NCBI RefSeq assembly: GCF_964204645.1
Contig: NC_134031.1
Location: forward strand, 3,038,001-3,102,000
From: Tubulanus polymorphus
Lineage: Eukaryota; Animalia; Nemertea
Reading direction: 5' to 3'
Length of the DNA: 64,000 nucleotides
The number at the start of each line of letters is the position of its first letter. Positions within the stretch are counted from its first letter, which is position 1. A program made the position numbers and the translations under genes. The notes below the pieces were generated by a model that did no database searches, was not told the DNA's origin, and saw only the letters and a program-made list of their open reading frames with translations. This document shows positions 14,491-27,989 of the stretch, in pieces.

Positions 14491-15073
14491 CTGCACAATC
14501 CTGGGGACAGTCGGCAGTTGGCTCGCCGGGATCGAGACCCAGGTTTACGCGGCAGCAGAAACTACAGCTATCGTAAATACGAAACAAACAAGCCGGCACC
14601 GAGAACAGAATGGAAGTAGACGACAGAAAAACTCGCACTTTAGCGCCACCTAGGTTGCCAACGTCACAATAAATATTGTTGCCGTAGATACTCGTACATT
14701 CAGCAGCGGATAACGGGAAATACTGGGACACAGCGTCGAGCATGATATATCCGAGATACACGTTGATAAATAGCAACGCCGCGCAGAAAATGGTTAATAG
14801 GCGAAACGGTCGGTTCATGACCAGGCAGTAGCGAGACATGTTTCCCCAGTCGCGGCCTTTCATCGCCAGTACGAAGTTAAACACGATGCCCGCCGGCTGG
14901 ATGAGAAACGCTTCCAAAATCTCGTGTCTCGGGAACAGGCCCGGGTCGTAGGCCAACTGCGTCACGACGGTCACGAAGAGTATCATCGAGGATAGAAAGT
15001 GCGCTATGCCCGGCAGCCGCGCCGCTAGTCCGGTCAGCCTCTCCCCGCCGAAATATACCGTCCTGCCTTCCAT
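14491..15073 (-). CDS. First coding exon of an uncharacterised four-TM membrane protein
   Basis: ATG in accATGg context at 15073, upstream acceptor ttttccAG near 15121, donor G|gtaag at 14490. 194 codons with four hydrophobic segments, a Cys pair in the TM3-TM4 loop (ECTSIYGNNIYCD) and juxtamembrane CSFCC. Confidence 0.82.
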
Positions 15074-15881
15074 GGTTGCGCGCACTGCAAACGTTCTCTC
15101 TCTCTCCTCTCAGGCAAAACCTGGAAAATCAATTGAAACGAAATAATGACGTGCAATTAGTAAGTTGAAATATTAAGTGTTTATTTTAGTTAAATCGGGT
15201 ATTTTTAACTCTTTACGTGCCAACTTTATTAATTTCAAATCGCTAAGTGATCGAGTACGGAACAGGGGATGATGTCTGTTGTCGGAGCTCATTATGCGAT
15301 ATGCGTTCAGGACATCTTTTTTGTTATCCTCGGAAAAATTGCTTATCTTTTTCAAGTAACTCGAAACCTGGAAAGTAGTGTTTACGTGTGGTTCTGTTAG
15401 GGGCTAGATATCGACGATTCGTATCATATCTTGTAAATGTCTTTATCATAAGTCAAATCATTCATTCAGTACGTAAGATAATGAGGGAGTTCTTTGTCGG
15501 TAGATATACAAACATTATTTAACGATATATCGTTGTTTAAGAGAGACAGAGCTTTGAAAACCCTCCTAACTTCGTCTATGGGGAGCGTGGGATATTATTA
15601 ATCATGCGAACAGCGTCGAGAATGCGTTTCTAATTTCACAGTCTAAAAGTTAAACACGATACGATACACAGATTAGACGCACTCCGGTTAATTAAAAAGC
15701 ACACCCATACACGACATCGCGCTGAAACCAGGTTCGCTTTAATCGGATCGGCTTTTCGAGTTCGCCGAGAAACAACATTTGTTTCGAAAATTCAATGAGA
15801 ATGCGACACGCCAGTCACTCTATTTTTCGTTAATAGTTAAGCGCAATAGAAATTAGTAACGTGTTTGAATCCTGGTGTAAG

Positions 15882-16058
15882 CAGTCAGTCAGTCAGTCGT
15901 CAGTCGTCAGTCGTCAGTCGTCAGTCGTCAGTCGTCAGTCGTCAGTCGTCAGTCGTCAGTCGTCAGTCGTCAGTCGTCAGTCAGTCAGTCAGTCAGTCAG
16001 TCAGTCAGTCAGTCAGTCAGTCAGTCAGTCAGTCAGTCAGTCAGTCAGTCAGTCAGTC
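15882..16058. repeat. Compound microsatellite (CAGTCGT)n(CAGT)n
   Basis: Directly visible heptamer array that switches to a tetramer array. Confidence 0.95.
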
Positions 16059-16719
16059 CAGGGTTTATGTGTTTGAATCCTGGTGTTAGCAGTCGGGCTG
16101 TCTTTCACTGGTCTCTCATCCCAGCGTTCATAGATTTGAAGTCGTCCCTCGTCAAGCCAGGGTTCATGAGTCTGAATCCTGGTTTTAGCAGTGGTAGACT
16201 TTTAAGTATACTGTTCTTATCGACCCAGGTTTCATGGGCTTAGATCCTGTGGTAGCAGTCAGTCAGTATTTCACGCTCTGTCGACAGGGTTGATGGGTTC
16301 GAATCCCGGTGGCGGCACGGTTCTTCTATATGACCTTCCTTCTCTGCACCAAACGAGGCGAGAGAAACGTCAAAGTCACTAAAATGACCTGAATATAACA
16401 TTCGGTGGATCGAGCTTGAAAAAAGAATACCCTGGCCTTGAAAGTACGTATCTAGTAGGATGGCCGATCGATTCGCTAGGGATCACCGAGCTGTACTAGT
16501 ACACGCTCGGGTATCGAGTGCATTAAACGCACGATATACATGACGAATATCGTAATAATTCTGTATACGGATTATCGATTATCGATAACAGGTAAGGATG
16601 ACGATGAGCAACGGCCGTAAAAATTCCTCGAATCAAATATCGCGAAAGTCCAAGAATCGAAATCGTCTGAGGAAGATTAGATATTCGAGGTGATAAAGGG
16701 AATCTCGGAAATAGCCGAT

Positions 16720-16990
16720 AACTGTGGAACTGTGTTTCCTGGGGTCCACTGTGGAAATGGGTTCACTGTTATCCACAGCGGAATTGGTTCTACGGGTATC
16801 TACTGTAGAACTCGTTCCATTGGTGTGCATTGTGGAACCGAATCAACTGGGATCCTGAGCCGACGGGTATCCACAGTGGAACTTGGTCTACTGATGGCCA
16901 CTATGGAGCTGGGCGCAGTCGTGGTCACTATGGAAGTTGGTGCAATGGCCTTCACCGTGGAAGAGGGTCCACTCGGGATCCACTGTAATC
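16720..16990. repeat. Degenerate 27-bp tandem array, core ACTGTGGAACTGGGTCC
   Basis: About 10 units with a recurring CCACTGTGGAA-like core at a 27-bp period. Confidence 0.7.
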
Positions 16991-19714
16991 TAGAGTAGAA
17001 CAAGATACCGAACTCTCAGTTTGAGAAAGAATTAGGAACGATATGGGAACCAACCAATTATTGAGATGGAAAACGCAGTATTTTAAAGGTTTTAGGGTCT
17101 GTTTCGCGATCCCTCGGGATTCACCTGTCATTCACCTATTCATCAATCAACTATACTAACAACGGGAAGCTTAAATCATCGAAGTATTCAATTCATTTCC
17201 AGCGATTTTTCTGCTACTCAATCATCATCTCGAAAATTTCCCCGTAAAAACACATCAACGTATCGTCTATTGACGAACAAGGCTCGTATTCATTCCTCCA
17301 TCGCAGACTCGACAAAATCACAATTGCTTAAGTGTTTACTCAGAACGGGCAACGCGGATCAATTCTTCAGTCGTCCATCGCCGCGACTGTTTGCTCGGAG
17401 TCCTTTCAGAGATAAACACGACGGCAAACTCCGTCGCTCGTAGATCACACCGTCGTCCGTCGTCGACAATGCACGCCCTGTCGGCTGCTGACAAAACGCC
17501 TGTCGTTTCCGAGAGGAGTCGGGAAGATGCGTTACTTCGACGGGTATGACAAACACCGCCGATAATGAACGGCTTTGTCGTCGGTAAAACATATACGTTC
17601 TCTAAAGATTTCTGGTCGAATTTCGCGCCGTCCCTAATGGGAGCAGACGAGACTGTTCTCCGGTTGGAAAGTGACGCTTGATCGCGCAAACAATCCGCAG
17701 TAACTGGAAAACATCGCAATTCCCAAAAAGCCTGTCAGGTTAGATTCTAAGATTGTCACCAACGTCATTCCTTGTCAATAAGGTTAAAACCCACAATATA
17801 CAAATTTAAAAGATTTGAACATATCTATTTCTTAAAAATTGAATCAACAGACACAACAATTCGGACTCTCTCTCTAGAGACCAAGTGTCGTAGTAGGTTT
17901 TAGTTTTACAATCTATTCTCTACGTCGGCGTTTGGCTTATTCTACTGTCTTGACAAAATGCCAGGTTCGCATTCCTAAAATGCGTTTAACTCGTCCCTTT
18001 TGAAGTCAATCGAAATACGATACGAAACTTTATTCGGAATTTGAAGCGCGCTATAAGCGCGTTTATCGATTTAGTTTGGATCCGACTCGATACGACTCTC
18101 AGGTGTCAGTCTGGATGCGTCCGGAAGATGAATCGATCTCGTAAAATACACACCATCATCACGCGAATTATAGATGTTCAAAGATGATGAGTTATTCAAG
18201 ACTAACGGATTACGCAGACAACGACGGCGCATTTCTGTAATAACAGCGCCACCGTGCGGCCGCGATTAGCAGTAGTTCCCGACAGTTTGTTGACGTCATA
18301 AGAATCGTCGCGGGGTCTTCGCGGCGTCATTTCGTTCGCGAATTCTTCAATTCGATGACATTAAAATCAACGAGAACCACAGTAACGTTGAGATATCCGG
18401 AATCTTTCAAAGCATGACAGAAACGCGCCCGCTGTGGCCCATTATATACACTAATACATACATACATACATTCACTTCTTATTCAAGGCTGTCACAATCA
18501 TCGTATACCCCGACAGCGGAGCGAACTAACCTTAATAGTTCAGGTTACAAAGTGCCCATAAAAACGTTCCGCAAGACACAAGTGCTTTGCTTTTCTCAAG
18601 GGCCTGGTGTCATGGAAACGGGGCATATATAGTAATTTAGGATATTTCCGTTTTGTACTGCGCGTGCTGCAAACTCATTTTACATAAAATTGAAAGCACT
18701 TTTATCGAATACGTACATTTATATAAATGCGTATCTATCTATATTTTACATTTTGTTGTTCTCAATTCTCTACATCCCTTTTCAGTTTAAACAAACCTTG
18801 CTCCCTGGCTTTATATAACAACACGATACATCCATTGTAATTCTACAAATAGTTCTATTTTTTTACAGTTTTCTATGTAATTTGAATGAATATACCCCGG
18901 TATAAGTGAATTTACTGTATCCGTATCGGAACTGATTTATGTGAAGAATACCCCGGAATATCTTCCGAAAATATGAGGAAATTGATCCCGTTTTTAGGAG
19001 GCAACGATTTGGTAAATTGATAGGCAATAACAAAGTATAGCAAGCTTTCACAAGACCACACCCCTTAAAGCTATCTATTCTGGGGAAATATCGGAATATT
19101 GTCGCTGGAGCGATTTTTTTTCCGGCTAGCGACTCAAAAAACAACATTAGAACATTGTGTTCTTAGAGTGCTTTTACCGAATATCGGAAATTATCGGTTT
19201 TAGACAAAATTTCTCGTGATTTTGAAATGATAAATGATTCAAATTGACGCAACGCGTTGTTTTAAGTGCTCGTTCCGAACATTGAAATTATTGTTTTGAA
19301 ACGTTCTCTGATAAACCAGGCGCTGGGAACCTGTTTCTTTTCATAATTTAGAAAATTCCTATCGACAACTACGCGGGGTTTAATCAACCCACGGAAAATT
19401 CTAAAAAAATGTGGCATTATATCGAAGTGAAAAATATGTTGTATAAGAATTTGTTCGGCTTATTTTGGAACAGTGCTTCACGTCTTGGCGATAAACAACT
19501 CGTAAACGGCGCAATAAAACTGCCGCAACAATTCCTCCATTCCTACGAAGGCGAACGATTGATATGATGGATTTTATGATGAATATTCTATTAGGTTGAT
19601 GCGTCGAGCTGGTATAAGGCTATCACACCGGATCAAAATATTTGGTATTGTTTACGAGACTAGTAGGGTGACTTATTCGAAAATCGATTCGACAAAGCCT
19701 AGGTCGTGCAGCAA

Positions 19715-19920
19715 GGGCAAACTTCGGTTATCGGAGTTAGTTGCCTATTTGCGAACTAAGTGAAACCGAATGTTATAGTTAGTCGGAACCACGCAACTGA
19801 GCACGGTCGCTGTAGTCCGGACCTAGTTACAAGATGGCCGACACTGTGAAATGCGTAAGACCGAACTAGAGCGCGGTAGTTCCGACCAGTAGTCGACTAC
19901 TAACCATAACCCCAAATTCC
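19715..19920. mobile_element. MITE family B, copy 3 (inverted)
   Basis: Reverse-complement similarity to 5653-5883. Begins gggcaaacttcggttatcggag. Confidence 0.72.
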
Positions 19921-20395
19921 TCCATGCATTTTTTTCACATGACGATGCCATATTATCTTCGGATGTTCGGATACCGAAAAATGATTTGTTGGCTAGAAAT
20001 AAGATAATGAACTATAATCTAGCTCTTCAGAAGGACCAAATTCAGCTGTATGCTGCTTAACTTCGATATAAATAACAGTCGTATAGGTCCGCTTCGACTT
20101 CGAAAAATTGCATGCCATCGAATGTAACTGCATACATTCCGACGATCTCCGAAAAGCTTCGTCGCAAGTTACACAGGGCATTTTAAAGTAATTAACTTGT
20201 CAAACGGCATGTCGTTATCGATTTTCGCTCGGCTACTGAGAAGAGAGCTACAGCTTCCAGCGGAATTACTCTCGGCAATCTTCGAGTACGCGCATTATTG
20301 AAACGCTATATTCGTAAAGATTCAAGTGGATTCGACGCCTTTTAATTCGATCCCGACCGAAAATGTGATTATCCCCGTCAACCTAATTCATCCGT

Positions 20396-20661
20396 AACCA
20401 TTGAAGAAACACTATTCCGTGCTGTAACGGTATAATAGAGAATCCCACACTGATAAAACGAGAGATGAAGTCCGAAAAATGTTTCCTATATAGCTGATGT
20501 GTTTTTATTCATTCGACTATAACCTAATAGTCATCTTCAGGAATATTGCTGAAGATGACTATTAGATTATAGTCGAAACGTCGAATGAATAAAACAACAT
20601 CAGCTATATAGGAAACATTTTTCGGACTTCATCTCTCGTTTCATCAGTGTGGGATTCTCTA
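20396..20661. mobile_element. Penelope-like element remnant: 226-bp palindrome with hammerhead-ribozyme core
   Basis: Near-perfect inverted repeat 20436-20661. CTGAAGA(20549)-stem II-GAAACGTC(20575). The 13-bp direct repeat CTAATTCATCCGT flanks it at 20383-20395 and 20662-20674. Confidence 0.75.
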
Positions 20662-20795
20662 CTAATTCATCCGTGTTAAACTTCTTTTTCTAACAGTGAG
20701 ATATTCGGGTTTTTGTTGAGTAGACTGTTGTTTCTTTGTCATGCGAAGTACAACTGTTGTTACAAATGTGCCGGTAATGGTACTGTGGCAATCGA

Positions 20796-20896
20796 GGATC
20801 CACGGTTCCGCAGTTGTAAGTTAGAGTTAAAATTAGTTCATTTTAATGTGTTAACTCTGAATCACATCTTAACACAGAACTGTTGAACTGGGTCCA
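20796..20896. mobile_element. MITE family A, copy 3
   Basis: ggttccgcagttgtaagttagagttaa ... aactgttgaactgggtcc. Confidence 0.65.
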
Positions 20897-21399
20897 AACT
20901 TTTGGATATTTCTTTTTAATTGGAAATTTACATTATCAGTGGAGTCTACACTAAACAATAGGAAAATGAAGCTTGGAATTGGGTACGGTGATATTGGATT
21001 CAGGGGCTTGAATACTTAATTCAAAATAACTTTTGGTAACGTAAAACCGACTGATCGTCGCGCCATCTGTAGGGCAACGATTGCTCATTGGCTGACAGCT
21101 GCTATACTGTTTTAACTACACGTATCAGCCAATGAAATCACTCGGCCGTACCGAGGTACATCCTCTCTTTACATATTAAGGTATCACCCGAGATCTTACT
21201 TCAGTATTTACTTACACAGTATTTGATACAATCACGAAATTTCCGGCGTGTTTTAATTCGCTGACACATTATGTGTGATAGATACGTACAGGGCGTCGAT
21301 TAATCAAATCAAGGTGCGACAAGCACTTGTTTTTCAACGGAAATGGGCTTCGTGTCTGGCATGTACAGTGAAGAATTACTATCCGACCTATACGATATA

Positions 21400-21550
21400 C
21401 AGTCAACCCCCGATATACCGCCCACATCGGTGCAGAACGATTTTGGCGGTATATCGGGGGTGTCTTACTATGTATTTGTATAGAGATGTACATTAAACAA
21501 CCCTGGTGGTAGGCGGGGGTGGCGGTATATGGGGGGGGGGTGGTATATCG
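21400..21550. mobile_element. Tc1/mariner (pogo/Tigger-like) MITE remnant
   Basis: Begins TA-CAGTCAACCCCCGATATACCG with repeated GGCGGTATAT subterminal motifs. Related copy at 53084-53238. Confidence 0.6.
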
Positions 21551-22986
21551 CAGATACGATATATTTTATCCAGCGGCAAAAAATTACCATCGTTAATTCG
21601 CGTATCTAATTGGAGTTTATAATGACTGAGTCGTTGTTTGTTTGTGGCTGATGAATCGCGGAATGGCCATTAAAGTCGAAAGCGGTATTGTCGCTGGCAG
21701 GAAGCAATTTTAAATTTTGAGCCATTTCCCTTCGACTGATGACTTCGCGTGCGATCGATATAACGGTCTTGATGTTCGCGCAGAAACAGAAGAAGATATA
21801 TGGTCGGCAGCGGAATTACTCGCGTTGTAAGTGTATATAGACGCTTGCAGTTTCTCCATCTAACCAACTGTACCGCGAGACATTTCGACGAATAAGCCGA
21901 TTTCGAGCGCCTTAGATCTTTATTTCGCGTAGGCACGCAGTATATAAGGCTGCCTGGCGATCGTTATTTAAGTCGTACCCACTGAAAACGGATTTCACGA
22001 TCCAGGCAACGATGTCGTCTGCGCGACGAGCGGAGAGCGGACGAAGTCTTGTTTTATTTACATATGACGATCATTATGCAGACGGCTTCTTTATCGTCAG
22101 GTGCGCCGCCGACGTCGCTGGGATCAGCAAGACGCAACTGTCAGATAAAGGTGTCTTTGATCGCTATAATCCATCGTCTTTCCATCGGGCGAATTATTCC
22201 GGCGACGGTAATCGGAATAAATTAACGAGTAAGCCAAACGTAAAGACGCTAGCAAGCTGGTCACGGAGATATTACATCATCATGTGTATATCGCAAAGAA
22301 TGACCAAAACATCACTCAAGATCTAATACGTATTATGACCTTCGATGAGAGCATTTGGTAGAATTTTGAAAGGACATTCCAAGCAAGGCTGCATACCAAA
22401 AATGGGGATGCCTAATGACCAGCTTGCCAGGCAAGAACTTTGGGGCGACTGGGGCCAGTTCCATAGTCGAGACTTAAATTCAACGTGTAAAATCATGATG
22501 TTTTACATCTTAAAACTGGTACTTAGATTGGCTATATACAGAATTTTTGTGCTGGCCTTAACTGGTCTTAAGTATAAACTCTGACAATACAACTAGATCC
22601 CTTACGCCCACAAGTGATAAGGAGATGACTACGATTTCTCCGCGAACGTCGCCCCCGACCGACCTCGATCGCCGGGGAATGATCCCCGCACCAAGCCGCG
22701 TTAGTGCCCCCATAACGAATGATGATGTAGCGGTAATGTACCGTAAACGATCGACATAAAGGCTATCGACTATTTTCATTGAAACGCCCGTAAATGCTAA
22801 TAAATAAATGAAAATTTGCGCAGGTTGATATTGTTGCATACGCGAATAGTGAACGACATCGGGTGTTTTGTTCGGTGATGGATCCAGTTGCACGAGTGAG
22901 TATATGTTAAATTATTCATTCATAAGCGGGTGTCTCCAACGTTCTTATCGATCCGAATTTTCGATGTTGCCAATCATTCAAAGTTT

Positions 22987-25900
22987 TCGTATCTTTCATC
23001 GGGTACGATGGCGGCCGCGTGGCGGAAGCGGAAGTTTGATTACAATCGCATTTCGAGATGATATTGTGAAAATGACGCGGCCATGTTTGCGCATGGGAAT
23101 TTCCAATATGTAAACAAAAACAACAGTTTAATCGGAAAGCCAATAACGTTCGGTCATGTGGTTTTTCTTAAACCCGTCTCGAATCTAAGTTATGATTCTC
23201 TCCTGCTGGCGATGATTTGCCACGAAACGTTGGATGAAATGAGATACATCGTATAAACATCGCAAATTGTGGCTTTTTCTGGCTTGAATGCTATCAATTC
23301 TGAGCCACTGTGGAAGCTGCTTAGCCTCAAGGTGGAGCTGGCATGCACGCACTGGTCTTCACTTAAAAACTACATAGCGCATGCATGCCGACAGGGACAC
23401 CCTTCCCACTGATCCACTGATCCTCCTGCCAACAGCAGCTACCTATTAAGCCCTCCAAACACTTAGAAAACACGCAATAATGTATCCAAAATAGACTGTA
23501 AAACCAAAGAGTGTCATCTATTGGGACGGGTAGTTATGAATTAAGCATGGCATTTTTCCGTTTCAGACCAGGATTTTTTTCCATGCAGTTGTGAGTTGAG
23601 GTATAAACTCTGAATTGATATTAGCTTATTTTCAATAAGTCGCATGTTAACTCGGAACAATGGAAATGGCAATAGAACATGTTCAGACGCACTCATAACG
23701 CACCGGACGTAAACAAAAACATGAAATGTGAAAAAAGATCCGAGGTGTCGCAAATGATCGACACAATTATTGGTGTGCGAATGTTTCATATTTTTTCTAT
23801 CACCGGAACAAAAACGGTCTCTGTTAGAAACGTGTTTTCCGACTGGCGTGGTGCGTCTGGCGCTTTGCATTATTGATCGTTAAACATATCGCGCAATTTG
23901 TTGAATAGATTCGTAATAATTCTAAGTGATAAAAAGCAGTTTTTCCAGACGATGAAGAAATTCAAATTTTACACCTACATATCTTACCTCAAAATAAACA
24001 CACGCTAATCACCGACAACGATATATTCAAACGTCGCTAAATCCTTTGCGTGCATCTTTATCGCCAGTAAGCTGCGCGATCGCAGTCGTCGCATCTCGTC
24101 GGCGTTCATTTTGAAAGCTAGCGCGCGCCAGAATCATCGCAGATGTAACACTACGCGCGAGGCGCGGAGGAGAGATGCGGCGGATCGATGGACGATGCTG
24201 CTGCAGACGATCACTCGCCTGGGAGCGCTTACGCGACGGACTGACGACGCTTTCCGACATTCAATACATACATCTTGCTTGTCCATGCCAGAAATTGGTG
24301 ATCGCCTTCGCATATCTAGATACATATACGTGCATATACTTGCATTAATCTTATATATCAATTGGATCTTGCAGCGACTGTAGTCGGAATTATTAGATTA
24401 TTCACCATTACGTTATATTCTTCATCACCTACATTACGGGTGACCGATAGATCTCCCCGGAGAATGCGGAGGACGTCACCGCCGCCCGACATTCGAGTCA
24501 GATGTAACAAAACTATGCAAACGCAATTACGACATTGCGTAATTTATGGACGTATATAAATACGACATATTGTACATGAATGCTGAATCTCTATGAGCTA
24601 ATCAGTACGTTCGTAATCTATCACGAAACATTTTGGAAATGAGAGGAATTTCTCATCGGTTTGAATATGAATACATAGATAACGTAAGATAATGGTTCCA
24701 CTTACACAGTTAAACTGAATTAAATTGATTCAAATACATAAGTACGATGAACGGTGGTTTGAGTTAAAATCAATATGAACCTGACTTTTTCATAGTTTTT
24801 AGACGTTTTGATGAAGCCGGGTTTATTCATTGCATCATTATACGGCGGCTGATATTTTTTGTTCAATATCCGAATTTTTTTTAACTTGATTTAGTTGAAC
24901 GACTGTAAGCATCCGATATCTGGTTCGCGCTTTTACGATACATAACGACAGTACGACAAACGCCAATCCGTCAACGTATCAATTGAATTGTTGATATTCC
25001 CCAAGCTAATATCGAACCATAGTTGGCATGATAATTAAAGTACCATATGTCTGTAGTGGCCGACTTGGGCCATAACGTAGATTTCCTAATGCAAGAAGAC
25101 ACTCCAATGCTATAGAAGGTCAATTAAAGGAATGATGAAACCAAAAAGTATCTGTTTTGGCGAGCAGAATTTCTTGTTTTGGTATCGTGGTCAACATGAA
25201 ATGTTATTTGAATGTTCTCTGGTTTTTGTGAACAGATTTCTACGATTTACATTACATTTAGGCAGGTTGCCCTAAGTTAACGCGTTAATTGAAAAATAAA
25301 ACACCTGTGCTTTTTCCATCTAATTAAAAATCTGATAAATTTCTGATTATCCGACGCCGATATTAAACATAGACACACTTGCGCTGATAACGCAACCAGC
25401 TACAGGCTACAAATCGATCGGGCTGAATATAGGAAAACATTACGAAGAAGACGCCATGCAGCGATCGATTCGCGATATCGGCGTCGTATCTTTCATCGGG
25501 TACGATTGCGGCCGCGTGGCGGAAGCGGAAGTTTGATTACAATCGCATTTCGAGATGATATTGTGAAAATGACGCGGCCATGTTTGCGCATGGGAATTTC
25601 CAATATGTAAACAAAAACAACAGTTTAATCGGAAAGCCAATAACGTTCGGTCATGTGGTTTTTCTTAAACCCGTCTCGAATCTAAGTTATGATTCTCTCC
25701 TGCTGGCGATGATTTGCCACGAAACGTTGGATGAAATGAGATACATCGTATAAACATCGCAAATTGTGGCTTTTTCTGGCTTGAATGCTATCAATTCTGA
25801 GCCACTGTGGAAGCTGCTTAGCCTCAATGTGGAGCTGGCATGCACGCACTGGTCTTCAGTTTAAAACTAAACTGCAGGCATGCCGACAGGGACACCCTTC

Positions 25901-27989
25901 CCACTGATCCACTGATCCCTCTGCCAACAACAGCTACCTGTTATGCCCTCCAAACACTTAGCAAACACGCAATAATGTATCCAAAATAGACTGTAAAACC
26001 GAAGAGTGTCATCTATTGGGACGGGTAGTTATGAATTAAGCATGGCATTTTTCCGTTTCAGACCAGGATTTTTTTCCATGCAGTTGTGAGTTGAGGTATA
26101 AACTCTGAATTGATATTAGCTTATTTTCAATAAGTCGCATGTTAACTCGGAACAATGGAAATGGCAATAGAACATGTTCAGACGCACTCATAACGCACCG
26201 GACGTAAACAAAAAACATGAAATGTGAAAAAAGATCCGAGGTTTCGCAAATGATCGACACAATTATTGGTGTGCGAATGTTTCATATTTTTTCTATCACC
26301 TTAACAAAAACGGTCTCTGTTAGAAACGTGTTTTCCGACTGGCGTAGTGCGTCTGGCGCTTTGCATTATTGATCGTTAAACATATCGCGCAATTTGTTGA
26401 ATAGATTCGTAATAATTCTAAGTGATAAAATGCAGTTTTTCCAGACGATGAAGAAATTCAAATTTTACACGTACATATCTTACCTCAAAATAAACACACG
26501 CTAATCACCGACAACGATATATTCAAACGTCGCTAAATCCTTTGCGTGCATCTTTATCGCCAGTAAGCTGCGCGATCGCAGTCGTCGCATCTCGTCGGCG
26601 TTCATTTTGAAAGCTAGCGCGCGCCAGAATCATCGCAGATGTAACACTACGCGCGAGGCGCGGAGGAGAGATGCGGCGGATCGATGGACGATGCTGCTGC
26701 AGACGATCACTCGCCTGGGAGCGCTTACGCGACGGACTGACGACGCTTTCCGACATTCAATACATACATCTTGCTTGTCCATGCCAGAAATTGGTGATCG
26801 CCTTCGCATATCTAGATACATATACGTGCATATACTTGCATTAATCTTATATATCAATTGGATCTTGCAGCGACTGTAGTCGGAATTATTAGATTATTCA
26901 CCATTACGTTGTATTCTTCATCACCTACATTACGGGTGACCGATAGATCTCCCCGGAGAATGCGGAGGACGTCACCGCCGCCCGATATTCGAGTCAGATG
27001 TAACAAAACTATGCAAACGCAATTACGACATGGCGTAATTTATGGACGTATATATATATATATATACGACATATTGCACATGAATGCTGAATCTCTATGA
27101 GCAAATCAGTACGTTCGTAATCTATCACGAAACGTTTTGGAAATGAGAGGAATTTCTCATCGGTTAGAATATGAATACATAGATAACGTAAGATAATGGT
27201 TCCACTTACACAGTTAAAATGAATTAAATTGATTCAAATACATAAATACGATGAACGGTGGTTTGAGTTAAAATCAATATGAACCTGACTTTTTCATAGT
27301 TTTTAGACGTTTTGATGAAGCCGGGTTTATTCATTGCATCATTATACGGCGGCTGATATTTTTTGTTCAATATCCGAATTTTTTTTAACTTGATTTAGTT
27401 GAACGACTGTAAGCATCCGATATCTGGTTCGCGCTTTTACGATACATAACGACAGTACGACAAACGCCAATCCGTCAACGTATCAATTGAATTGTTGATA
27501 TTCCCCAAGCTAATATCGAACCATAGTTGGCATGATAATTAAAGTACCATATGTCTGTAGTGGCCGACTTGGGCCATAACGTAGATTTCCTAATGCAAGA
27601 AGACACTCCAATGCTATAGAAGGTCAATTAAAGGAATGATGAAACCAAAAAGTATCTGTTTTGGCGAGCAGAATTTCTTGTTTTGGTATCGTGGTCAACA
27701 TGAAATGTTATTTGAATGTTCTCTGGTTTTTGTGAACAGATTTCTACGATTTACATTACATTTAGGCAGGTTGCCCTAAGTTAACGCGTTAATTGAAAAA
27801 TAAAACACCTGTGCTTTTTCCATCTAATTAAAAATCTGATAAATTTCTGATTATCCGACGCCGATATTAAACATAGACACACTTGCGCTGATAACGCAAC
27901 CAGCTACAGGCTACAAATCGATCGGGCTGAATATAGGAAAACATTACGAAGAAGACGCCATGCAGCGATCGATTCGCGATATCGGCGTC
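22987..27989. repeat. Head-to-tail tandem duplication of about 2.5 kb (22987-25485 and 25484-27989)
   Basis: Near-identical copies, visible also as duplicated ORFs in the track. The junction has 2-bp TC microhomology. No credible coding content. Confidence 0.95.

Noticed and set aside
16720-16990. CRISPR-like repeat/spacer appearance
   Set aside because: Eukaryotic context, degenerate 12-bp core with 15-bp related spacers, and no cas genes.
17336-17719. 127-aa minus-strand ORF
   Set aside because: No recognisable motif and a non-ATG start; at most a 5' UTR exon of the four-TM gene.
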